Source: Balanoglossus misakiensis
Lineage: Eukaryota; Animalia; Hemichordata
DNA length: 64,000 bases
Direction: 5' to 3'
Assembly (NCBI GenBank): GCA_040954595.2
Contig: CM082592.2
Location: 8,791,677-8,855,676, forward strand
The translations under genes were made by a program, and so were the position numbers. Positions 1-13,061 of the stretch are shown piece after piece. Position 1 is the stretch's first letter, and each line of letters begins with the position of its first letter. The notes beneath the pieces were generated by a model. It was not told the DNA's origin, searched no databases, and was given only the letters and a program-made list of their open reading frames with translations.

Positions 1-3000
1 TACCGATGCACATGGAGGAGCTGAGGACTTGATCTTGAATTTGACCACCCCACCCCCCCTCAAGAGAAGGAATGGAACGGTCCTATATGAGACTTGTACA
101 TGAGCTTTTGCTTCTTTCTGCACATCAATGTAGGGGTGATTGCACGCCACACATTGTAGGTGCTAACTGCAAAATATTCCATCAAATAATCTACAAATGC
201 AGCAACCTGGCCGTATCGTTCATGACACTCCATCTAAATACTTTAACATAATTTGTTAACTTGAAAAAAAAATAATGAAAAAAAAAAATGTCTGTATCAA
301 CTTACATCTTGTCGAATGTTTTTGTACAAAAGACTATTGTCGTATTGTGCAAGCTACATGTTTTAGCCCTCTTGTGGTCTTTTTTACTTCAAAGAGTTTT
401 TATTAACTTAATTATCTTGATTTTCTAGTGTTCCTAATATCACTTGATGGCTCATCATGATAAAAAGTAAACCCTTTTTCAATCACTGGGCACACAAGCC
501 CGCAGTCAGCTTTGTCTAAAATTTCCATCTGTTTTCCCTCTCTCTCTCTCTGTCCTCGTAAACTATTACTCACAAAGGCTTGTTCTTCCTCCATTAGCGC
601 ACAAAAATGTAAACGACAATAGCATAAAAGCCTTCCAAATTTGCCAAACCAAATAACTGCTTCCCTCCCAAAATGACTCCCATTCAGGGGTGTAATTGTA
701 ATGTAAGCAAGCAGACAGCAAACATGGCCAGTGTGGGCCGATTCAATAATTAATGAAAAAAGCATCGATTGCTCGGGAAAGAAAGGAGGCTGGCCTCCAG
801 CAAATACATAAAATCAGCTCCCGTTGAATAATGGATGAAAACCTATGTAAATTACAAAAATATTAGCCCCGAGCAAACACGGGCTTATTTACAGATGCAA
901 AGACCTCGCAGGCTTATTAGCATTCCAGTCAGGAACGGGTGTTATGCATTGCTGTATTTAGCCTTTCCTCATTTACGTATATCATAACCCCACTGTCAGA
1001 ACACAGCTTATTGAACTCTCTGAGACCACATGTGCTCTGAGTTTCCTAATCCTTGCATAAAGTGAATTACGCCAAAGATTCAGGGTAGACAAAAGTCGGC
1101 GCAAAAATAATCGCCGGCAATAGGGTCCTTCGTAGTGCGGGAATCAGGGCTGGGAAAGACGATTTGGAATAAAATATGGGAATGAATGAATTCATCAATG
1201 AAATTTAGCATTTTCCTCTGGGCAAAACGTTACTTTTCTTCGCCGAATGAAAAGAAGCCTCAGTCATGGGCGGACATAGCATTGGAGTTCACCATATCAC
1301 TGTTGATTAATTTTTTTGCATGCAGAATTTTGCACAAAAATTAATGTCAGTTTTTTGTTAGCATCCAAACTATAGAGATTACTCGTAGCTTTCACATTCT
1401 GAACTATCGTTTTTTTATGGCTAATGTGAGCTGCACACACTATACAATGAGCCATTTACTGGGAAAATAGCTAAATTAGAGCGTAATATCTTCCTTGATT
1501 TCAATGACTGTTATGGCCTAGTGATTCACACGATATTGAGCTGTTTCATTAGCAATAATGTGTTTGGTGAACTGGACACAAATGGAGGTTTGTCTTTGTG
1601 AGCGTGTGCGTTGTTAGCATGTATGTGCAAGCATGCGTGTATACCGTTTTCTCCCTTTTGTGTGTGCTGTGAGAGTGCCTGTAATGAGGATTTTGGGGAA
1701 TGTAGAGGTGGTGTCTATCTGCATGTCTGTCTGTATATCCCTCTACACATGTCTAAGCCTGTAGCTGCTTGTGAACTGGAGAATGTGCATTTTACCAGGT
1801 GCATTCACACCTACACATGCTGGAATACAGTTTTGATAAATATGGTTACATAAATTTCTTCCCTATGGCAAAATTGCATTATGAGATACATTTCAACAAA
1901 TCTCATGTTAATTTTGAGACACCCTGGCAGTTTTTCTGAACATGCACGAGCGCATCATTTTCTCTGTTTTAAAAATTCAATGAAGGCTCTACGTGATGAC
2001 ATTACAATAGTCCGTCTGAAGAAAGAGAATATTTCTCTGATATTTATTCCCTGACGAAAAAAAAATCAAATCAGCTGATATGATTTGGTGGCTTCTGGGA
2101 GAAGCCTTGAGTTCTGCGCGGGAGGGATGTTGGAACTGTCACTCAAAGCGCAGAATGAGCTCGAAGACATGATGAGCCTACGTCTTTTCCCAGCAAGACG
2201 CTTCGCACTTGTTCAAAGCGAGCACACCCAGACAAGCGAAGTGAGAGACCCCAGCCTCACCTAAAAATATAAATAATTTGGGAAAAGGATTACCAAAGAG
2301 CCAGAAAACGCCACCCGGCTGACCTGTTCCATCCCTCGCATTTTTAAATTATTTAATTTCAATCTCTGCTGATTTGGCTCCCGCGCGCCAGAGTCAAGAT
2401 TATAAGCAAAGCCCGCAGCACACATTATTTGATTAAAATCAGTAATCAGTCAGGCAAAAAATTAATTAATGCCTCAAAATTTCTGCCGGAGAACTGTGAC
2501 AGAGAGGAAAACACTCCTTTTCTGCGAAATGACAGAGGAACTCTGAATCGTTTTATGCGATGCAAAAAAGTTGATAATTCCGCGCGGTGAAAAGGAGAGA
2601 ATTCCCTCCAACAGTGAGACATTAGACACGGGGACGGGCTGTTGTTAAATTATTCCAGCCTTCAGTGTAGGGACAGAAATTATATTGGCATTCGAAATTG
2701 CTCAGCATGGACGACGACGCAAGCTGTGCGGAAATTATCCAAAACTCGGGGTTCCTAGGCAACAGACAGAGTGAAGATACAGGTGAACGCCGTCTCTAAA
2801 TATACTTGATGGAGGGAGAAATTGGGAGTCCAAAAATAAATTGGCGGGATGGAATATTATGTGTCGCTCCCTCTCTCTCTCTCTCGAAAGCAAAGCTGTC
2901 TTCCATTGGAGGATAATTTCACCATTATACGCGGCTGGCCACCTCCTTCCGTAGCCGATTGGCGCTGAGTTGCAGAATGCTGTCTAACAGTGGCAGAAGA

Positions 3001-6000
3001 ATGGGAGAAAAACAGCATCTTTTCAAACAAATTCCCCACTCTGGGATCTCACATGCTTCATGCATCACATTAATACCCAAAATGCAGCATTGGTGACACT
3101 ACAACTTAAAAACACCCAAACATTTTTTTTTTCAATATTCACAAAATCAGGATGGAAGGCAGGAACTGCAGCAGGAGCTAATTTGGGCCAACTTTCTCAA
3201 GTAATTTAATCAGTTTGGCGGCCTTAGGGTAAATTTTTTTATTACGTTTCGGTTCATTTCTTTCCTTGAGCTCTTTATAATTTAATAGAGATTCAAGATC
3301 TCTTCGTATTCAAAGTTGTCAACATTTTTTTTCTTCTAATTTTAGGAAGTTCCACTCTCGACAAAAGCAAAGAAGATTGTCGAGAAACAATGCCAGTGGG
3401 GGAAAAAATTCTTCTTTTTTTTCAAAAACAGTTTGGGTCAACTATTTGCATCATGAACGTGGCTGTCTCACTTTACGGGTACAATACAGAGCCATTTGGT
3501 GCAACAACAACAACAAAACGATACCAAATGTCAATTCTCTCTTTATTACAGAGTTTCTGCTTGACAACGGATTTCCCCACAGATTGGCCCCCACCCTTCT
3601 ACACCAGCGTCTGCCTTCATATCTAGGCTGCCCATGTACCGCACATGTACGAAGGCACTGCTAATGAAAATTCAAATTGGCCTATTTTCAGTTGATTAAG
3701 TAATAAAAAAGTAGTCCTTTGAGGGCATATGCCCATTTTCTGGGATTTTAGAAGCCACACAACTGCGTCGAAAATACGAGATAAATAATCGGGCTATAGT
3801 ACAGCGATGGGAAATTAATAAGAAAATGGTAATGCTGCTAGTACACAGGTTGAAATTGGTGGATTTCCAAGAAATGCAATCTAAAATGTCATTAGGCTAG
3901 TTGGGGATATGACAGCAGACACCCCTTCTCCTTGACAGAGGACAACAAAAGACGACAATTTATTTCTGCTGTTCGCGAAACACGATGCACTTCACAAAAA
4001 CATGTGATGGGCAATGAGAAGCAACGCGATTGAAGACGTGAAAGATTTGAAATCAAACGCAAGATTTTTTCTCACAATGAATTCTCAAAGCCTGTTCCAC
4101 CCACTTGTGCTGCATTCATGGTTGCGTCGATGGCCACAATCGAGATCCTCCACTCGGCATGAGCTGCCGAGTCTATAACCTTCCCTTCGCATCTTTATGC
4201 ATGTCTGTCACTGTCTCCTTCGCAAGTGGGAGGAACGGAGAAAAAAACACCGTGGGGGGAGAAAAGTTGAAGGAGACGATAGACCGGTTGATGAGAAACG
4301 ACGCATAAATTGGGAGTCTTCTGCTTGAGTGACTCACAGGTGATGGATGGTTACTCTATGGTAACTGCAACATTGCTCCACTCACTGTTTTGAACTCAAC
4401 TCGGACTTGGAGCTGTGCTATTGACCTGATTTCTTGTTATATCCAAGTTTATGCTTCTTTTGAAAAGTGATCTGAAGCAGTGAAAAATTAACAGAAACAA
4501 ATCGACAAAGTAGCTTCCAGTTCACTTGAAGCTTGCATATCACTTCGTTTTTCAAATTTGGAAAACAGGAAAATTCTTGTTGACAACTGCAGTTTCATAA
4601 TGCCAGCCAATTGGGCGAAAATCACATTTATTGGAGGAGTGAGAGAAAAAAACAAGGACGAGAGTTCTTTTTTTTCTTTTCAAGATGTAAAACAGGGAGT
4701 TTATTGAAGCTGCGTTTCATCGAGAACGCAGAGGGTGTCACCGATATGCCTCTTGGAGTATCGTGTTTACCTTAGCTCGAGAGCCACTTCCACCTGTCTG
4801 TCTTGTCAAGAATGTCGCCGTAATGAGGAATTATTTGAGAAAAGGCATCCCTGTTAAGCGAACGCAGAACAATATGCCACATATCCACCGTAAGGTAATA
4901 CTCTTTAACACAACCACACTCCAACAAAAAAAACCTGCATTTGACGGTTTGTCCAGACACCGATTCAACTGCACGCATCTTGTGTTTCAGAAAGCACTCT
5001 TTGTTATCTGACTGACAACTGCGGGATTAACGCTAATGCCATTGTAGTAAATTTCCAAAATGGTTTTGGTTACAGAGTGTTTTTTTTAGGGGGACTGAAC
5101 GACAGTTTCCCGCTGTTGCATTTTGTTGTCATAAATATTCAACACCACCCTGCCCACTATATACTACAAAGGTCAGAAAAGAGAAGGTTGGACATTTCCG
5201 TTATATTTTTTTTGTGTGGCACATCACTGATTTCTCTGAGAATTCTGGATGATTTTGTGCCTGTGTTCATTTTGAAAATGACACAAGAACATTTCAATGA
5301 TCCGGATATTACAGTTTGCCTGTTTTCTGTATTATTTTCATAACGAAGGCTGGATGAAGGAATCTCTTGCATATTGGGGAGGGGTGTCTGAAATTTACAA
5401 CAGTTGCAGCTCTCGGCTGTTTTGGGAAAAACTGTGATTACTCCAATGATATCCAATGTCTGCTTGGTTTGCGGTTACAGTCCGCCCGCGGGCACAAGTT
5501 TTGACTCCAATGATCATGTTCAACACGCAATTTGAATCCCTAACCGAAGCATACCAAGTATACAGAGAACTGACTGCTAAACTTCTAATTCCATTTGACC
5601 TTGATGCACCATTAACAAGGTCACCCAGCACTAATAATTATAACCACATCCGCGATAGGGTCCCTCACCGTCAAAAAGAAAAGGAATTGATTAAAGACAT
5701 CCTGCATGCTTATGCAATTTCGTCCACTCAAGCTCCAACAGGAAAACCTCTGACGCTCTTTCGAAGGAAATTACAGGCAGTCTAACACATACAGCACAGA
5801 GCCATCAAAGTTTGATTTAGCTACAGACATTCCATCTCGTTTAATTCATCACTCAGCTTGATAGTGAGCAAGTTTTATGAATCATTATTGAATCAAATTT
5901 GGGGATAACGAAAAAAAAAAAATGCTTCAACGATGTGAATATTGAAAATTGCGAGAAAATCACCGCTTCATTTCGGGGCCGGAAATTTTTTTTTTTTTAC

Positions 6001-8648
6001 CCAGATTGTAACGCTCTTTTCTCTTCTCGCTCCAGATAACACATAGCCTCGGGACAGTTTTATACATGAACAGTAATTTAAATAATCCATTCCACAAACC
6101 TATGGCAGGCTGGGTTAGGATGATGACTTTATCCGGCGGCTGTATAGCGAGTCGATGTCTTTCACACACTCATATTTTCATAGTGCAAAGCAACCTCATT
6201 TTCACATCACAGCGACACCCACACACGTACGTACGTACATAAGTACGAACACGCTAGTGCGCTGCACACACACTACTCCGACGTACCCTGCTGCTGCCAG
6301 AGATGCTATAGGAGGAAGACAACATGTCACAATACACATGGTACAACACCCAGGGGGAGAAGGTGGAGCTGGGAACAATACCCCTGGGGAGCCGATCGCC
6401 AGATATATGCTAAAACATGCATCTGCGGAGATCTCATTGCTGATAACATCATTCAGTGATGATCTATTTCCTCTTTGTCCATTCCCAGAAATCCCCCATC
6501 TTCCTGATTGTGCAGAGACCTTTTCTGGTTTATATTTGGGAAAAGCTTAGATCCTTATCATAGTAGGCAGCAATGCAACTTATCTTTCAGAGTATATAAG
6601 TTTCTCCTTCAGCTTCGTTTTTTTTTTCATTGTAAAAAAAAGACAATACAGAGCATAAATTTGTCTCTAAAAGGGTATCGTATCCAATGATCATAAAATG
6701 ACGATTCTTTATTGGAATGTAACCTAATAAAAGCATGTCTTCACTAATAGACTTCCAGTGTAGTAAAACTACATATCTGTGCATGATGTGAAGGCTTTCG
6801 TTGGCAATGATAACATTTTCCGGGACAGCCATTCCCGCGGCGGTAAAAATGACCAGATTCTACTGTAAAACACATTTTTGATTTAGACTTTTATGAGAAT
6901 CACTGTGAAAGGTTTACGGCAATCATCTGAGCAGGCACTGACTAAGTCTCCATCACTGCATTAATTCTTTTGCATTTCTTCTGTGCACACACCTCACAAT
7001 AGCATATCGGCTGGGGAGAAGAGGGGGAGGGGGGAGCTAATAAACGCATCAGACATGATGGTGGCTTTTACTTTGATCCCTCTTACTTGTCAGACCCTCC
7101 CCCTGGAGCAACCAGGTGAGGAAAAAAATGCCACAGACAACCACGAAGCGTTTGGCGATCACAAGCTAGTCTCTCTCTCTCTCTCTCGTTCTTTTCTTCT
7201 GTTGTGGTAACCTCTCTACCACAAACTCGCAGGGTGCAATAGCTTAAACATAATTAATACGTTTTTTTTCTTCGCCAGCTGAACAGTGAAAGAATGCATT
7301 CTTTTTCGAGTTGACCCAGCCTCCAGTCAATGTTTACCCCCGCATTTCTGTTTAAAAAACCCAATGCAAATTGGACATCGTTATTTTGCATCTCCTCATT
7401 AACAGAACATCGCCGTTTGTCATTCACCCTGCAATGAAATTTGTCGCAGTGCACGTGACGGGCCTCCGTGGCAACACAATGAAATTACACGCGTCCTTGA
7501 CTCGTGGCATGGTCTGTGCACAGAGAGAGAGAGACCGGTCACATGACCCAACCAACTGGCAGACACACACTCCAACATTGTAATCTAAGACCCCGAGGCT
7601 GTGTGTACATAATATCACTGAACGCCCCACCCCATTCTTCATCCCCCCTCGAAAATAATAAAATCTTATAATTTTTTAAAGAGAACATTTTCTTGGCAAA
7701 ATATGCCAAGAAATGCTTCGAACAATGATGGACATTTGAGAGACGTATCCATCTGCTTGATTCGGACCAATTTGGGTTTATCTTTTTCAAAAACAAAAAA
7801 ACAGCACAAAAATATCACTGAAGGCAAATTAATTTGAAAGGGGAAAAAACAAGAAAGAACCAAGCCCATACATCACATCGGGTCAGACATCAGACGATGA
7901 CAAAGTGGAGACTAAATGACTGCAACTGCAGTCAGCCAACGCTGCCCATTAACATGTTAAAAACCTCACGAAATATTTGATCACGCTAAGGGGCCAGCTT
8001 TTCGGTTTGCCAAGTTGATTCACTCGCTTCAAAGAAAACGGAGAGAAAAAAGATGTGATATCGAACGCAAGTGAACTGGCATCTAACTAACAGTATACAT
8101 GTTAAGGTGTGTCTACCTTCTCTGAAACAGACTGCTCTTCTAATCCATCAACAAGACACTGGAAGTGCATCCCATCCCATCTCCCCCCCCCCCCCCAAAT
8201 ACAATTTCTCCGCGAGCACCATTTCTAATAATCCTGAATTGTGGAGGTTCCTGACAGTCATTCGTTAAATGAATTCATTTCTGGGAATACAAATGGTTCC
8301 CCGAGCCCAGAGTAATTCTCCGGGCTGCACTGATGTAATTGGAATGGAGGGGGCAGAGACTCAATTTCACTCCGGCAGCAACTCATTCCGGCCTTCCTCA
8401 ATATGAAATTGATACAACTTTGCAAATTTCAACAGTGGAAATGTCTGCTCTGCCAAATTAGCTGTACTGCGTGCAACTGCATCTTTGAAAAGACGCTTGT
8501 TGAAAAAAAAAAACGAAAACCACGGCATCGCACAAATGAAATTCCCCACTAACATCAAGACTATTTACCCTTTAAATTTTTTTTCTTATTTCTTCACATT
8601 GAGATGCTCATTTTGAAAATATCAAATCCCTATATTAATCAGGTTGAG

Positions 8649-8682
8649 TGCATAGTCTCAGTGTTAAAGTCGAGACTATGCA
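8649..8682. repeat. Perfect 11-bp inverted repeat with 12-nt spacer
   Basis: TGCATAGTCTC (8649-8659) and GAGACTATGCA (8672-8682). Confidence 0.85.
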
Positions 8683-10779
8683 ACACGGAAGAAATAATTG
8701 ACAAACAGAGAATTTTCAATTACTGAGTACTGCGGAATGCTTGTTGTGGTCGCTGGTATGAAAACAAAAGGTCAGCCTGGATCCATATCTGAGGATGTGA
8801 TATGTATTATGGGTCGTGCCTTTTTAAGTGGTTGCACAGAGGTATCATTGGCACGTTACCCACCTCCCATCCCATCCAACATAAGCACTACATCATCAGT
8901 TCACAGGAATGTTTGTAAAAGGTATGATCCCAATACACAAACTTTCAGCACAAGGACATGGACAGAAAACAGCTATCTCGTTTGGGTGCAGAATATTAAT
9001 GGGATCCCTACAGAAGCACGCGAGAAGGCAAGCATCCCTCAAATTCTAGCAGGGGATGTGCAGATGCATTCTGGGTAACCAGCGTGGGCACATGAATAGA
9101 TCATACAAGATATTGATGTTCACGTATTGTGGCCATCGCATTTAGCCGCATTCAATGAAGAATCATCATCGCATACACTCGCTCAAAAAAGAAGGCATGC
9201 CTCCGATTTCAGAGTCCTGTGAAACGCCGTGAATAGGGAAGTGTGGAGATAATTGGGAATCCCAGAAAACCAGCAGATAATTCACAAAAACATGCATATC
9301 TCTCACACCGTGGTACTTGTCAGCTTTTAAATGGTTAATACGCCTAAGAAGGTTATTACTCGCTAATAGGTTTTTGCTATTGTCCTTCCAAGCTGAACTT
9401 TTAAATATCGCATGAAATTAATTGAGCGCGAAACGCTGCCCTTTGTTTTGTTTCTTCACGATATCACATTAACCTCATAACCGTCCAAACGTTATCAGCT
9501 TTGGTCATTTCATTATTTTACCGGTAATTAAAGAATTGGATGAACCTAGAATTTTCTCATTAATTCATTTTTATGGAGACATTTTGCAATCTTCTGGTGA
9601 AACATACTCTCTGAAATCAACTCATACAGTTCAGAATGGTCGACACAAAAACAACAAGAACCAGCAATTCTAATAATTTCGACAAATACACAGAAGGAAA
9701 TGGCTCATAAAATCATATCTAAATATATTATTTACACAGACTTCAACAAAAACATGAAATACAAATACTCCCTTTCTGCTTGGCGATTTATGAAAACATA
9801 CAGCCTATTTACAATATGTGACATCACCCGATGTGTTATGAAAAATATACAGCTATCAACACACGTACTAAAAACCAATACAGTAGCACTGACAAAACAG
9901 TTCGAAGCTCATAGTTTTTTGTACATGTGTTACCTGTCCACAGAAAAAATATGGGGAAAAACACTACCATATGTTTGTTGGATGTTACAAGAGACCAGAT
10001 CAGATTTGATTTCCATTTTTCCATTTTCTTCAGTGGTTTTAATATTAGCTTTATATTGTAGTAGGTTTTAATTTAAATGTGTCTAAAATTGAATTCTAAG
10101 GTGTTCCTGAGTTTAAATTATTGAGTATTTGAGATATTACTATGAAAATGTCTGTTGTGACCTACCCTAATTATCACCAGCAATACTGAATAAAATCCCT
10201 GTGATTTTGAACATGACATAGAGTAGATGAAATGAATGTCTTTTTCATACTCAGCTGGGGTTAGGAAACAATACTAGCTAAGTTTGCATTCAGAAAAAAA
10301 TGGAAAAATCTATGGCTTTAGCCAGACCAGAGGTGCAGATGTTTGGTACAGCTATTTTTAAGAACACAAAACAAGTATTGATTCTGTGTTTCGGGGTGAA
10401 GATAAATTTACTGTTTTTTGGACACTTTTTGTTCTCAGATATCTAAAATTTTCACGTTCAATCAAAACATCAATTTTCAATTGGGAAAGCATGTCATCTG
10501 GCTGGATATTTTACAGACTGAAGTATTTTCCCAGTAGTCTTGATTCCTCCATTTTAGGATGAGATAACATAGGGTAAACATACCATGAATTATAGATATT
10601 GCCCTCAATAAACAATGTCCCTTTCTCTTTCTTATGTTTCATTGTACCTTAATTCAGCTTTTCAACTTAGTAAATTGTGTCCTGTATGTCGATTAAACAG
10701 CTCCAGTTGCAGTGACGGAGTTTCGTTGAATTTCTCACCAAACTGACAGATTCATACCAGCGAAAGTACCAGGATGTAA

Positions 10780-10796
10780 AGGTCACGTTGAGGTCA
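10780..10796 (+). promoter_or_regulatory. Perfect DR5 nuclear-receptor element (RARE-type)
   Basis: AGGTCA-cgttg-AGGTCA read directly; function unproven. Confidence 0.45.
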
Positions 10797-13039
10797 TCAA
10801 ATTGGCCGATTTTCACCACTGTATCATTCAGTCCACCCTATGCCTTTTTGTTCAAACACTGTGCTGACTGCCCCCCCCCCCCCCTGAACAATTCTGACAC
10901 TCTTTCTGAATAGAGCTGCTTTCTGCATTTCGGAGAATACATAGACTGTCATTACACTAAACAAACAGACTTGTCACTCATCCCTGAAACTCCCCAGTCA
11001 ACTTGGTGTGTACCTTGCCTCTCTCCATTTCCTCGTTTGTTTTATCCCCTAATTGGCTGCATCATCATCTCGAAAAGACAGAGACACTGAAAACCAAAAC
11101 CCTGTCACCACTTTGATTTACCTGATCCAGTGATCCTACAGTAAGATTAAGAGAAACTTCCCCAATTTAAAGCAAAGATCTGTGTTTGAGTCACCTTTCG
11201 CCTCCATCTCTGAGAATAATTGGTCGGTCCAATACACTGCACTAAGCTATGGGTTGCACCAACAGGTTTAAATTCAAAGGGGCACAAAAATCATTGCGAG
11301 TTGATGTGACTTTTATTTTTGATTTTTTTGGTTCCTACTGTCTGACTCTTTATCAAAATGATTCCACACAAGATTGTAGATAGCAAAATTTAACTGTCAG
11401 ATTCTGTTTTCTCGAGAGAAAAAATCTGGCTGCTAGCTACGGTAGACTTTTATCTCCCATGTACATCTGATTACCTGATATTGTCATGTGTGTGTGGAAT
11501 ATCTCCCATTTGAACACATTTTCTCATTTATTTTACTATAGGTCCATTGCTTAAACCACCAAATGCTTTTATCACAAACTCTCTCTCTATCTCCTCACCA
11601 TCCTGTGCACTCGATTTTATTTTTCTTAAGTAGATTCTTCATGAGGTCCTCTAATGACCAGCTTATTAACAGAATGACCTGGAAAAGCAGTTTGGATAAC
11701 GGTTATCAGCTTGTTGGAAACTGCTACATGTTATTTTGCGAATTTACCTGGTACAGTTAACATACTAAAATAACCAGACAATAATACATCACAGAATGGT
11801 ATAAAATATGGACTATCATATTCCCGGAATACTCAGACTGCCATCTTCTTTCCACAGGATTATTTCTGGAAGACACCAGATTTATCTGTTTTTATGATAC
11901 TGAAAGCAGTGCCTTGCCTGCCTGCAGCTTGGGATCACTGTTGCCTATAGCTTTTGTTCACAGAGTTTTTTTGCCGCGCGAACTTTCCACATTCCTGCGA
12001 GGCATTTGACTGCGGCTCACACGCAGACAATGCTCCGTGCCAACCATCAATATGGTTTGGCTCCACACTCGCATTGTTGTCGGTAAAGCCGACGGACCCA
12101 ATCCCTTCCCCCCCCCCCCCCCCTTCTGTGTATTGTTCGTCCGCTCGCACATCTGTGTCGACGTTCTCAATACAATATGGCTGCTTCTCACAGCTCTCGA
12201 CGCTCACAGTTTGTGTGTTTGGTTTCACTTTCCCCCCATTTTACCCCTTTCTCTGCAAAATTTGTAAAATACAATAAGAGTTGGCACTGAAATGCCGTGA
12301 CTGCCTCTCAAATGTGACCTGACCTCACATTCAGCTATAGGCACACACAAGCTGTCTACAAACAGACGTAACAAGGAATGCACTCGTGTGCAACATAGAG
12401 ACCCCAATCCTCTGCGTTCACACAAAAGTTGAAACTCAATTTGCTACTGCTTTGCTGCTCCGTTCTGCAACAGAACTGCACGGCCAGATGGGTTGAATCC
12501 GGTCGTTACCACGACAACTCCCAAGGTCACCGCGACAGACACAGACAACAATGGCAAGAAACATCCAATTGGTTAAAATGCAAGTACCGGGGCAGGCCGC
12601 ATAAGACTGCGCTCATTTGCATGGTCTTCCGTGAAGGGCGACTTTCCTCTCAATTGAAAGCCCATAAAAATGAATGAATTTACTTGTGCACGTAGCGGAC
12701 ACAAATTATTCACTTCACTGGGCAATATTTTCACTCCAGCTCACGTATATTGTTAATGTATGTGTGTCAGAGCTACTGTAATGTGTATTTGATTTTCATT
12801 CACTCTCTAATTTCCCTACTCACAGCACATCTTGGTCTGTCATCATGCTCTTCTCTCTGTTTATCTCTCTGTCTGTCAGTCTCCACCAAACCTTACCCTC
12901 ACCCATACCTGCATTCGGAGTCGCGGTAACACTTTACCTAATCTTCACTTTGTACAGGAGAACTGAGTTACTTTTACAAGTTCAGGTTCCTAGGAACCTT
13001 TGTTTAAACTAATTTGTAAATTTACTAAGAGACCAGAAA

Positions 13040-13061
13040 AAGAGAGAGAGAGAGAGAGAGA
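13040..13061. repeat. (AG)n microsatellite
   Basis: About 11 AG units read directly. Confidence 0.9.

Noticed and set aside
10737-10790. HPGTFAG peptide on the - strand, superficially like the FGTFVAA end of vertebrate MN1 exon 2
   Set aside because: An in-frame TGA lies three codons upstream, there is no acceptor, and no WRSLHSDI-like context.
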